Notes: generated by a model not told the origin, from the sequence alone. DNA of 64,000 nt from an uncultured Acidobacteriota bacterium (GCA_963759485.1 CAVWZE010000002.1:1498618-1562617), one strand, 5' to 3'. Numbered from the stretch's first letter, positions 19,624 to 30,047 are shown. Numbers and translations: made by a program.

Positions 19624-20576
19624 CTGGTCGATCCGGCGCGGGATAGAATCTCGCTCGCGGCGGCGTAGGGGTCCTTCTCTCGCGCTGCCACTTGTGACGC
19701 CAGTGCCTCGAACTTCGCGTCCGTCATCCCGCTGGCTGCAACTTGCTCAAGCAATCGTGACCGGACCAGCCGCATCAGCCATTCCTTCCAGTAGGCTACT
19801 TCGCGACTGCCGCGGCTCGGCGCGCTTGAAAAATGCTCGCGAAAAAGCGCGATTTGCCGCGCCAATTCGTCCACGCCGGTATTTTCAGTTGCAACTGTGC
19901 GGACCACCGGCGCCCTCCAGCCCTCCCGATCCGGCATCAGTTGCAAAATAGCGCGAAGCCGCTCTTCGAATTGCCCCGCGCCTTCGCGATCGCTCTTATT
20001 GAGAACAAAAATATCTCCGATTTCCATCAGGCCGGCCTTCAGGCTTTGCACGTCGTCTCCCATGCCGGGCACGAGCACCACGACCGTGCAATCCGCGAGC
20101 CGCACAATTTCAATTTCGCCCTGCCCTACGCCAACGGTCTCGACGAGGATCATGTCTTTTCCCGCGGCGTCCAATAGCAGCATCACATCGCCCGTGGATT
20201 GCGCAAGCCCTCCCAATTGACCGCGCGTCGCCATCGAACGTATGAAGACCCCTTCGTCGGATGAGTGGCCTTGCATGCGGATGCGATCACCCAGAATCGC
20301 GCCTCCGGTAAACGGGCTGGAGGGATCGACGGCGATGATGCCGACTCCCTTTGCGTGCGCGCGGTAGTGGGCGGCGAGCCGGTCCGCGAGGGTACTCTTG
20401 CCCGTTCCAGGAGCACCGGTGATGCCCACTCGAGAAGCTTTTCCGGTGAAGGGAAAGAGGGCTCGCAGCAGGGCTTCGGCTTCGGTCGCGCGATTCTCAA
20501 TCGCGGACACGGCGCGCGACATGGCGCGCACGTCGCCCGCGCGAATTTGCGCCACCCAGTTTTCAATCGCCGTCAT
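19620..20576 (-). CDS. meaB: MeaB/ArgK-family G3E GTPase (methylmalonyl-CoA mutase-associated)
   Basis: GAPGTGKSTL (P-loop), VETVGVGQ, NKSD motifs. Intact 318-aa ORF. Confidence 0.85.
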   Translation of the reverse strand: MTAIENWVAQIRAGDVRAMSRAVSAIENRATEAEALLRALFPFTGKASRVGITGAPGTGKSTLADRLAAHYRAHAKGVGIIAVDPSSPFTGGAILGDRIRMQGHSSDEGVFIRSMATRGQLGGLAQSTGDVMLLLDAAGKDMILVETVGVGQGEIEIVRLADCTVVVLVPGMGDDVQSLKAGLMEIGDIFVLNKSDREGAGQFEERLRAILQLMPDREGWRAPVVRTVATENTGVDELARQIALFREHFSSAPSRGSREVAYWKEWLMRLVRSRLLEQVAASGMTDAKFEALASQVAAREKDPYAAASEILSRAGSTS

Positions 20577-20612
20577 GGGGATTGGGGCGTTGGACTTGAA
20601 ACTGCTCTCGCC

Positions 20613-21634
20613 TTAATTGTGAGGGCCATTTTCCCGGCTGGAATTCGGGCGGCCAGAGCCTGACGCGCCTCGGCCGGAGTTTCCGCCAGTTTGTCCCCCG
20701 GAATATTCGTCGTAAGCCTTGATAATGCGCTGGACCAAACTGTGCCGCACCACATCGCGCTCGTCAAAATAAACCAGCTCGATGCCTTCGATCTTGCCTA
20801 CCACTTCGATGGCCTCCACGAGGCCCGAACGCCGCGTGTCCGGCAAATCGATTTGCGTCACATCGCCCGTGATCACGGCCTTGGAATTGAAGCCCAGGCG
20901 CGTGAGGAACATTTTCATCTGCTCGCCGGTGGTGTTCTGCGCTTCGTCGAGAATCACAAAGGAATCATTCAGCGTCCGGCCGCGCATGAAAGCCAGCGGA
21001 GCTACTTCGATGATGTCTTTTTCGAGAAACCGCTCGAGTTTGTCCGCTTCCACCAAATCGTGCAGAGCGTCGTAAAGCGGCCGCATGTACGGATCGACTT
21101 TTTCCTGCAGCGTTCCGGGCAAAAATCCCAGCCGCTCACCCGCCTCCACCGCCGGCCGCGCCAAAATAATTCGATTCACTTGCTTGGAAAGCAGCGCGGA
21201 AACCGCCATAGCGACGGCAAGGTAGGTTTTGCCCGTGCCGCCGGGGCCGATGGCGAAAACCATGTCGTAGGTTTCAAGGGCCTCGATGTAGCGCCGCTGG
21301 TTGGGGCTTTTCGGCGCGATGCTCTTTCTGCCCAGCGTTCGCGTGCGCGTGGGAGAGAAAGTTCCCCGCAGAGTCGACGCCGGTTCGTCCACGGCGGCGT
21401 GCAGCAGCGATTTTACTTCCTGGCTACTGGGAATCTGCCCGTGGCGAATTCGCTCGTTGTAGGCATCCAGAATGTGGCTTGCCCGCTCCACCTGCGATGC
21501 TTCGCCTTCAATCTCGAGGTCGTGATCCGTCAGGTGCGTCTGACGTGCAGCGAGGATTCCAGGAATTTCAGGTTTTCGTCGAGCGTGCCGAAGAGCTCGT
21601 TGATTCCTCCGGCGATTCGGACGGTTTGCTTCAT
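20613..21634 (-). pseudogene. phoH: PhoH-family ATPase, apparent frameshift near 21545
   Basis: ORF 20613..21491 has [16 protein letters not shown] and ILDEAQN. The N-terminus [31 protein letters not shown] (ATG at 21634) is in another frame. Confidence 0.8.
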
Positions 21635-21837
21635 CAAGTTTCGTGGTTGCTCAGGTAGCCTATCGCGCCCATCAATTCCGGTCAAGCGCATGTACCGGTC
21701 CAAATGATTGTGACACTTTTCAGATTGTAACTACAGGCGTTACTCAGACTGCGTTCTTGGGATTGCTTGAAGACCGCGAATCGATAGTGCGGAAAACACG
21801 AGAAAAAGAGCGAGAATGGCGCACAGGCGGACGATGT

Positions 21838-21911
21838 TGGTAGGGGCGGTGGGGATCGAACCCACGACCTTCGGCTTAAAAGGCCGCTGCTCTACCACTG
21901 AGCTACGCCCC
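21838..21911 (-). tRNA. tRNA-Lys (anticodon UUU), with encoded CCA
   Basis: Minus strand reads GGGGCGTAGCTCAGTGGTAGAGCAGCGGCCTTTTAAGCCGAAGGTCGTGGGTTCGATCCCCACCGCCCCTACCA. Cloverleaf arms, CTTTTAA anticodon loop and GGTTCGATCC T-arm are present. Confidence 0.9.
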
Positions 21912-21912
21912 T
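21876..21912. repeat. Island-flanking direct repeat, copy 1 (5' half of tRNA-Lys up to the end of the anticodon loop)
   Basis: The 37 nt ttaaaaggccgctgctctaccactgagctacgcccct are identical to 35223..35259. Confidence 0.85.
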
Positions 21913-21916
21913 ATAA

Positions 21917-23181
21917 CTACATGACTGGTAAAGATTTAATTTGTTCCTGCGGCCGCTCAGATTCGGGCTTTGCACTCGATTTCGCCCTTGTTTTGATCGG
22001 CCAAATAGGTTTCCAGCTTCCGCCCGCGTCCAGAATGTCCTTCTCGCTACTGATGTCGTAGCGGTCGAACACGCTGCGCGTCTTGTGTCCGGTGATCGAC
22101 ATGGCGACGCTCTCGGGCACGCCCGCGCGCACGAGATTACGCACTCCCGTGCGCCGCAGATCGTGAAAGATCGTGCCTTCGTAAGTCGATTCGGTCATCT
22201 TGCCGAATCCCAGCTTAACACAGCGGCTCTGCCAAACCTTGCGGAAGTCGCCGATCGGAAGCGGCTTTCCCTTCTCGACGCGGAAGCACACGAGATCGCA
22301 GCCGGGGCGCCGCTTGGCGTGCTGGGCGGTAAGCACGGCGCGCAGGTCGCCGATGAGCGGAGCCGTGCGTCCCTCGTCGTTCTTCGTCTCGCCTGCGTTG
22401 AGGCGGATCACGCCGTTGAGGAAGTCCACCTGACTCCCAGCGCAGGCCGACATATCTCGCCGAGCCGCATCCCGGTGTAGTAACCGACCGCCAGTACGGG
22501 CCGGAAGATAGTCGGGCAACGCTGTCGCGGAGCGCCACATATTTCTCGTGCTCGAAAAAACCTTGTGCGCGGCTTCGGTTCCGTGCTCAGCATCGGGAAG
22601 TGTGGCAATCGTTCTGTCGTAATTTTCCCGTCGCTTCACCGCGAGGTTGAACATCCGCCGCAGCGCCGACAGTGAGCGGTTCGTGGTCGAGTCGGCTCGG
22701 TCCTTCGCGCCTGGTCGGCGATCGAATTCTCCATCAGTTCGGTGTCGATCAATGAAGTCGCGCTGGTATCCCTTGAAAAACTCGTCCAGCCGCTTGACCT
22801 TGTCGAGACGACGGCTCGCCGTCCTTGTCGTAGCGCAGCGATTTGCGGCTTCTGTGTCACGTAGTCGGCCATAGTAGACCGCGCGCAAGTCCTCATAGGT
22901 CAGGCGCCGCAGGGCCGGGTGGTTCCCCGTCGTGACCTCGGCCTGGCTGCAGCTTCAGGCAGCCGCTCGGCATCCTTGCGGGTTGCGTCCCGCCCCGCGC
23001 TCTCCTGGACCTTCCGTCCGCGCGAGTAGTATTGAATCCACCAGACGTTGCCCATCTGCCAGACGCGGCCCGAGCCGCGCTTCGCGAGCCAGCGTCCGGG
23101 GACCAGCTTCCCCTTCATCACGTACTCGGGCTGCCAGACCATTCCCTCTGATGGCGGCCCGCCTTCCGGTTTCTTTTCCAT
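21917..23181 (-). pseudogene. int: Tyrosine-type integrase, fragmented by at least 4 apparent frameshifts
   Basis: Catalytic C-terminus in ORF 21917..22888 (HDLRRTGVRNLVRAG...ITGHKTRSVFDRYDI). Other pieces are VLAVGYYTGMRLGEI (ORF 22408..22608), ADYVTQKP (22636..22896) and the N-terminus MEKKPE...VWWIQYYSRGRKVQESAG (22900..23181). Confidence 0.75.
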
Positions 23182-23193
23182 TTTCGCCCCCTC

Positions 23194-23377
23194 CTATCGC
23201 TTCCCTTTTCGTTTCCGCCACCGTGCCCACCGCGCCTTCACCGCCCGTCGCGCTCGCTCGCTGCGCTGCTCGGGCGTCAGCGTCGCCATGAAACGCCCGC
23301 AAGTTCTTCCCGCCGCTGGCCTTCCCGCCCTTGCGGCCGAGCCGGACGGCGGCCGGGTCCTTGCGCTTCGTCGGCAT
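23194..23377 (-). pseudogene. Small basic protein (KDPAAVxLGRKGG...LTPEQRSExARRAxKARW type), apparent frameshift near 23290
   Basis: Manual translation gives MPTKRKDPAAVRLGRKGGKASGGKNLRAF, then in another frame MATLTPEQRSERARRAVKARWARWRKRKGKR*. AAGGAG RBS is present. Function unknown. Confidence 0.4.
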
Positions 23378-25705
23378 AGGTCTATTATACTCCTTAGCGC
23401 TGATGGTAGCTAGCGAAAAAGAAAGGCGGCAAGGGCAGGAACCCGACTGAGCACTACGTCGGGAGTTCAGATTAGAGATTTCCCGCTCTGGCAACTCTTG
23501 GCCCATTTCCTCTCGCCTGAAGCACCTCGATATCTTGCGGAATAACGCTGCACGGGTTGAGCTTCTTCTGCCGCCGATGAAGAAAGGAAAGCGTGGCCCA
23601 CAGATGCGATCACGTACCTTTGCTTTCCGTACGACAGGGCGAGAGGAATAGACCGTTTTCGCGGTGCCGAGGCGTTCCATCGCCTCCTCGTCGGACCCGG
23701 ACTGATGTCCGTCTCCCCACGGGAACTGGTGCAAGGTGACCGACTACGGCCGCGCGCTCCACGAGGAAACCGAGGCACAGCAGAAGGAATGGAAGGCAGG
23801 CTCCGGTCATTTCGCTGAAGGACGCCGAGAAGGACCAGAGCGATCATCAACGCGGGCGAGAAATCTCCGATCGGGATAGTTCTTCGTGTCCGAAGCTTTT
23901 CAAGCGTGCACGCGCTGCGATCCGGCACCACGATAACTACTGTTCCGGCGAGTAGCTGATGTGGCTGCTACTCGGACCTCCGCGTCAGTCGCAATCCGCA
24001 TCAAGACGTCCGTCGATAGGCGTTGAAGCAAGACCCCGCCTTTGACTCGTTCTGCCGGGCGTTCGCGAACCTGAGGCGCTCGGCGGAATTGCGACCCACG
24101 GGTGGATGAACACGACTGAAAGATGATCATTGATGATCGCGAAGCCTTTCAGGAACGGCGAAGTCGCCTCAAGGACATCGGTCGCAAGGGGACGACGATC
24201 GTGCGACTGAGGCATGTCGCCGAGCACGTTCGCGATGTTCGATCGGCCTCTGAAAACGCGGCGAAGCCGCTCTCGCGACCGTCATGCTTGCGTACCGTGC
24301 GTAAGCATCTGCGGCGTGCGCTACGCCATATTCGAGCGCCTAATATCCGTGCATGGTTCGCTGATTTCACGATCGCGGGAAGCTCCACAAGATCAATCGC
24401 CGCGAGAAGAAGCTCGACGCGATCGGGCTAAGGGTCCTGGCGGAGTCCAAGGAAAATAAGGAACCGACGATCATCGACAATTGCTACGACGATCATTGGC
24501 GGGAGTACGAGTCAAGCCATCGGGACCGACAAGCCTGTGTTGGAGGCCTTGCTGAAACAATTCAATGAGCGCCATCTCCCCAGGGCGGACTACAACGACG
24601 CCAGCAAATGGAATAAGCAAGATGAGGCCGTTCCCCACACGACAGAGATTCGTGCGCACGCCGGTGGCGATGGTAGAGGTTCGGCGGGCCGATCCGCCAG
24701 GAGCGACGAGAACGGCGCGGCAATCTATGATTTGCTCGATGAACATCATAGGAGGGGCCGTCACGATCCTCACCGGGCTGGCGGCCGCTCTCGCGATCGG
24801 TCTGGTGTCGGTCTGGAAACACAAGTGAGAAGGAGACACCGACGATGCAAGGACACGAACGTCTTCGACTCCAAGCGGCTTTGCATTATTCTGGATTACA
24901 AGTACCATCAGCGGTAATCTACACGCCGAGATGGCAACTTTTTGGGGTTCGGAAAAACATCAGAGAGTCGATTTTATTATCACGAGCGCTGAGATCATTC
25001 TCACAGTCGTCATCGTGTTTCAGATCGGTTGTGAGCTCCGAGAGGGCAGCAATCAGGTTCAGGACCTTAGCAAACTGAAAGAGCTGGATTGACCAACTTG
25101 TTGCGAGCACCAATAATTTAGTCACCGCGAACGAGTCCCTGGACGATTGCAACTTAGAAGAAGTCGCTCCCATCTCTGACCGATATGGATGCCGCGCTGC
25201 AAACGTCAGTAAAAAATACGCGGCAGTCAACCAATGCGATGCAGACGCAGTTGAAGGTTCTTCAGAAGGATCAGCAGGACCGTCTGCCGAAATCGCCAAG
25301 AAACCGTCGATTATCGCAAGCATTGGCTCCCTTATCTTAGGCAGCAAGGTAGGAGAATCCATTCAGTCTCTGAAACTAACCTTCCCCGAGGCAGCCTATG
25401 AAATGACGCTCACGAATGGAGGTACCCATCGGTTGCCCGTGGTTGTTCTGTGGGGTTGGAGTTTAGCGGAGGACGGCGCACTCTAGGCAGAGCGCGGAGA
25501 GCAACGGCGTCGCGTACGGGAACGGCTACGTTCCAAATACACCCTCAGCGGCTTTTCGGCGGACCGTCCCCGAGCACCACTGGCAGCGCAGCTTCGCCAG
25601 CATGACGGCGACGTAGTAGCGCTCGCGCGCGTCGGCGCCGCGAATCTGCAAGACATGCTCCAGCGGCCAAAACGACTACGTCGCTGATCAAGACTCGCAT
25701 TCGTT

Positions 25706-26453
25706 CTAGTCGAGCCGCTTCCGCGCGAACGCCTCTTCGAGTTGCTTGAGCGTCGTGATCTGGTGCGGTGGCGCGGCGGGCGCGGCGGAGCGCTTCTCGA
25801 TTCTGGACATCCGCTCTTCGAGCGCGGCGATCCTGACAACCAGGTCTTCGTGGTTCTTGCGGGGGAACAGCTCCCGGACGTCGCTCGGCGTGATGATCTT
25901 GGATTCGAGACGCGCGCGCGATGCAATCCGCGTTGGCCGGCACGTTGACGCAAGAAATTTCGAGCAAATCTTGCGACGTGAACTCGTAGCCGCCCGTGGG
26001 GGTGCCTTCTTCGTCCCTGATCAGCGAGGGTGGCGCTAACGGGAGAAATCCCACGCTGACGGCGCGCAAAAACTTGGCGCGATACATCTGATAGACGGTC
26101 TCTGCGAGCGAATAAACTTCCTTGGCGGCGAACTCGATGCTGGCGACCAGCGCGGGCGCTGGGCTCGCTTCCACGTGAATCTCGGTGCAGCGGCCGATCG
26201 GCGGGTCCGCGTTCCGGTGACTCCACAGGATGACGGGGTTTCGGCGAAAGTTTTCCAGTTTCCAGCCCGAGGTTTTCAGCGAATCGCCGTATCTGTCGAT
26301 GCTCTCCGTCGAAGCAACGAACGTGATCTCGCGCTTGGCCTCGTTTGCCGCCCTGATCTCGCTAGTGAACATCGCCCGCCGCACCGCGCCCACCTCCGGC
26401 TCCGCCGGGCTCCGCTCGACGTACTGGTCGAGCACTGCTTGAATCGCGCTCAT
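25706..26453 (-). pseudogene. HK97-family (S78-like) prohead serine protease, apparent frameshift near 25915
   Basis: ORF 25545..26453 N-terminal 180 aa: FVASTESIDRYGDSLKTSGWKLENFRRNPVILWSHRNADPPIGR...EISCVNVPANADC. A natural-looking C-terminus (KIITPSDVRELF...RIAALEERMSRIEKR...EEAFARKRLD*) is in another frame and ends at 25706. Confidence 0.7.
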
Positions 26454-26476
26454 GTCATCCTCCTAACCGCGAACGA

Positions 26477-26534
26477 GCGAGGTAGTAACCTCGGGGTTCA
26501 TATTAATAGACCCTATTAATATGAACCCCGGTTA
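26477..26534. repeat. Long near-perfect palindrome between the capsid and protease genes
   Basis: cgaggtagtaacc-tc-ggggttcatattaata / gaccc / tattaatatgaacccc-ggttactacctcg. Arms are about 29 nt, with one 2-nt bulge. Confidence 0.85.
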
Positions 26535-26562
26535 CTACCTCGCTGCTCCGAAGCCCTCAGTT

Positions 26563-27723
26563 TTAGTTCACGCCCTTCAGGATCACCACCCCGGCGCTCG
26601 GACTCACCGCCGCGTCGGAGTGCTGTGTTGCCCTGATGGCGACTTGCGATGCGTCGAAAAATCTCTCCGTGCTGATGGCCATCTCAATATTTGAATCCTG
26701 CGCCACGTGCACATATTTCATGTTTGTGAACAGAATCCAGCTCTGATTCGTGCCGCTGCCGTTCGCGAGCGTCTCCTCGACCATCGGCGAAACGAAAACC
26801 GGGAATCCCATCAGAAACCCGACGCTCTGGACCGTGCCCACGCCGGGACCCTGCTCCAGACCTTGGCTCAGGGTGGGGATGTAAATCGGACGGCTGCTGA
26901 GGTCCAGCATTCCGAGGACGCGCTGGTAAAACGTCCGCGGCGACATGATCCACGTGAACGGCGGTTTGCTTTTTACGGTCGATGCTTTCTGGAGCACCGC
27001 CAGGATGTCCGTGAACGCCAGGTTTCCGCCGTTCGCCGAACTGCCGACGAGCAGCGTCGAGGTGCTCGCGGCGGCGTAGATCGGCACCGGCCCGCCGCTC
27101 ACCTGAGAAGAAGACAGCAGCGCCGTGTCCTCGTGCTCGCCCGCAGCGAGTCCGATCAATTCAGCGATCAGCGTGTCGAAAGCAGGTACCGATGTGGCAA
27201 GTAACTGGTTGGGAATCGCGACGAGGCAGCGGCGTTCTTTCAAGTCGAATGCCATCTGCCCGAGGTTCGGATCGGACGGGGGCGTATATTGAGAATTTTG
27301 CGCCATCCAAATCCAGGTGGGCGAGGCAAGTGCGACCGGAACCGTGAGCTTGTTTATTCCGGTGCACGGCCAGATGCGCGCCCCCGCCGCGCGAACCACG
27401 CCGCCGGTCGCGAGGTATTGAATTATTTCGTCCGCCTGGAAAGTCGGAACGAGATAGCTCCCCGGCTGCGCGCCAGTCGTCAGAGCCTTCGTGTAGGCAA
27501 CGTCATCCTCGGCGGTCTGCGGATTGAGGGCCGGGCCTTGCTGAGCCTTCATCCCTCTGATCATTTTCGACAAACTGAACTGCGGCCCGCGCGACGACCT
27601 CTCCTGGGTCCGCTTCACGACATCGGCGATAGCGAGGTCCAGCTCTCGCTTCGTCGCGAAAATTCCTTTCTCCTCCAAAACCTTCGTCAGCGTGTTGATT
27701 ACTTCGTTTGCGATCAGCGTCAT
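26563..27723 (-). CDS. Phage major capsid protein, HK97 family
   Basis: Intact 386-aa ORF. N-terminal helical delta-like segment, then sequence typical of HK97-type capsids (GSYLVPTFQADEIIQYL...LTVPV...DLKERRCLVAIPNQLL...EDTALL). Confidence 0.8.
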   Translation of the reverse strand: MTLIANEVINTLTKVLEEKGIFATKRELDLAIADVVKRTQERSSRGPQFSLSKMIRGMKAQQGPALNPQTAEDDVAYTKALTTGAQPGSYLVPTFQADEIIQYLATGGVVRAAGARIWPCTGINKLTVPVALASPTWIWMAQNSQYTPPSDPNLGQMAFDLKERRCLVAIPNQLLATSVPAFDTLIAELIGLAAGEHEDTALLSSSQVSGGPVPIYAAASTSTLLVGSSANGGNLAFTDILAVLQKASTVKSKPPFTWIMSPRTFYQRVLGMLDLSSRPIYIPTLSQGLEQGPGVGTVQSVGFLMGFPVFVSPMVEETLANGSGTNQSWILFTNMKYVHVAQDSNIEMAISTERFFDASQVAIRATQHSDAAVSPSAGVVILKGVN

Positions 27724-28199
27724 GGCTGAGCTGCTTTCTGATCGCCTTTTTTATTTGCACTTCGCCCCTTCGCGCCCCGAAAAAAGAATCCCGAATCTCC
27801 CGGGGGTCGCTTGGGGCTGCCAACACGACCCCCGGGTTAGGCGGCTCGTTCTACAACGGCGCGGACGCCGCTTCCGGCACGAGTCCCGCCCGGTCGCCGA
27901 ACTCTTTTTCGCGGGGAAGGCCGGTAGGCTGCGCTGCTTCCCGGCCTTTTCCCCGCGTGAGCGCCCGGAAAGGAGGTCGGTGATGGATGCACCGTTTGCG
28001 CCCGGTACGCTCGTGCGCGCAAAATCAAAATCATTGTCTTGGGAACCCGCGCGAACTTCCGCGCGCTAACTCGCATCTGCCTCGATGAGAGGCTTTGGGT
28101 GCCGTCGATGCGTTCAACGGCCGCTCGGCTTCGTTGGTTCCGGGTTGAGCGAGCCCCGGCGCAGGTTGGTTGACCGCAGTCCTGGTCTGCGTAGAAGTA

Positions 28200-28229
28200 A
28201 TTATACCCCGAACGCCCCGCAAAGTATAC
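28200..28229 (-). promoter_or_regulatory. Promoter-like motif GTATAC-N18-TATAAT (minus strand)
   Basis: Minus strand reads GTATACTTTGCGGGGCGTTCGGGGTATAATTAC. A near-identical architecture recurs at 34998..35028. Confidence 0.3.
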
Positions 28230-28496
28230 CTCCGCCGCTTCCTGATGCCCGGCACGCCCCCCTGCCCCTCCCCTAGCCTATTTCCCTACTTCCACGGCAA
28301 AGTCGCCCCCGGCGGCCCTAGAACGCTACGGCGGGCCATTCTAGGGGGTCCCCTGGCCGCGTTTTAGCACCGGTTCGGCGTTGCGGTTTCCGCGGCGCCG
28401 CCACTTCCCGGCCCGCGCGGACGAGTCCTCAAAAAGTTGAATCCCCAAATGGTATTCAACTACCCGCTCCAGCTGGCTGGCCCACATCTGCGTCGT

Positions 28497-30047
28497 CATC
28501 GCCGCGGCCGCCCGAAGCTCGGGACGCGCCCTGGCCCGCCAACCTTGTGCCAAAGTCGCTCCGGACCCTGCCACGATGCATCGTTCCACTGCTCCGGCGT
28601 CGTCACCGACCCGCTGCGAGCGCTAAAAACATCGGGGATCAAATCTTCGAAACTGACCGGAGGCGCAGCCACGCACTTGTGAATCGCCAGCGCGGCGGCG
28701 ATGGCAACGTCGTCATGGCCCGTCGAAGCCTCGCAGCGCTCCCCCGCCGCCCGAACTCCGCACGATCTCCAGCCGGCGCAACTGCGAGATGAGTTCGGGA
28801 TTGTCGGGAAGTTCCAGCTGCCCGGCGAGCACCTTCGCGCGAAGCGTCGAATAAATTCCGCTCGCCCTACGCCCCAACGTGCTCACCTGTTCCAGCGCGA
28901 TTCCCGCCGACGCGAGCCGCTGCTTGACCACTTCGTTCGCGACCTGATCGCTGTACGCCCGCACGCATCCGTAGTGCTGGCAGACCTCGACGATCGCGTC
29001 CATCGTCGACGCGAACTGAATCGCCTTCCCCGGCTTCGGCTTCCACGATCGCGTCAAATCGACAATCACTCGCTCGCCTTCCGCGTGACTCAGCGCGAAC
29101 CCGAACCAATCGCTTCGGAACGCCACGTCGATGCCGGCGACGTAGGCCGCGCCAGGCTTCGGCGGATTCTCCCACCGCTCCCTCGCGACGCACGCGTCCA
29201 AGGCATCGCCCGGAAGTAGAGCCGAGGCCGCGTCCAGGAAGGTCGCGTTGATTTCCCTCTCGAACCGCTCCGGGTCACGCTGCCGTTCCGCTTCGAGCAA
29301 CTCGGCGCTCAGCGTCGGATTGCCCTGCTGCGAAGTCATCCGCATCACCAGCGGGTCCTCGCGTTCCAAACGCTCGGCGAACGCCCGCCACACCGGCCCC
29401 GACTTCGACCACGGCGACGTGATCAGCAGCATCCGGCCGCGCGGGAACTGAAGCAGCGCCGGCCTGACGGCCGCCAGAATCTCTTCGGCCGGATTCGTCA
29501 CGCCGTCTTCCTCGGACCTCCAGAACGCCGGCTCTTCGGCGAGACAGCACGTCACCGCAAATCCGCGGACCGAGCGCAGGTCGCACTTCTGCACGATTAC
29601 GTCGACTCCGTTCCTCAACACGAGCTTCTCGCGACGTGGGAGCAACGGCAGCAGGGATTTGAACGGCGAGTTCTTCAGCACCGCCACGATGCCGCGATGC
29701 GTGATCTCGGCCTGCTCCTTCGTCGGACCCAGGCAGACGACCGTCGCGCGCTCTCCTGGCCGCAGATTCTCATGCCGCTGGAACACTGCCGAGTAGGACG
29801 CGACCGGGACGGCGATATGAAGAGTCTTGCCGAATCTTCTGCCCGCGATCAGTACTCCCTCACGATGGAAACGCCCTGGCGTGTAACTGCTGCGCCCAGT
29901 CGCAGCGCAGTAGAGATCGAGTTCTTCCTGCGTCATCTCCAGGCCGTCGAGCGCCTTCAGAAACGCGCGCTGGCCGAGCGAAAGCGGGATGTTCAACAGC
30001 CGCGGGTGACAGGCCTCGATCAAGTTGACGTCAGGAATTGGAATCAT
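28497..30047 (-). pseudogene. terL: Phage terminase large subunit, apparent frameshift at a G5/C5 run (28741-28745)
   Basis: ORF 28713..30047 has Walker A-like AGRRFGKT and nuclease-domain GIDVAF. The conserved C-terminal TGHDDVAIAAALAI continues in another frame down to a TGA at 28497. Confidence 0.75.

Noticed and set aside
19620-20576. MeaB GTPase without an adjacent methylmalonyl-CoA mutase as an anomaly
   Set aside because: The mutase genes can be encoded elsewhere, and the window alone cannot show absence.
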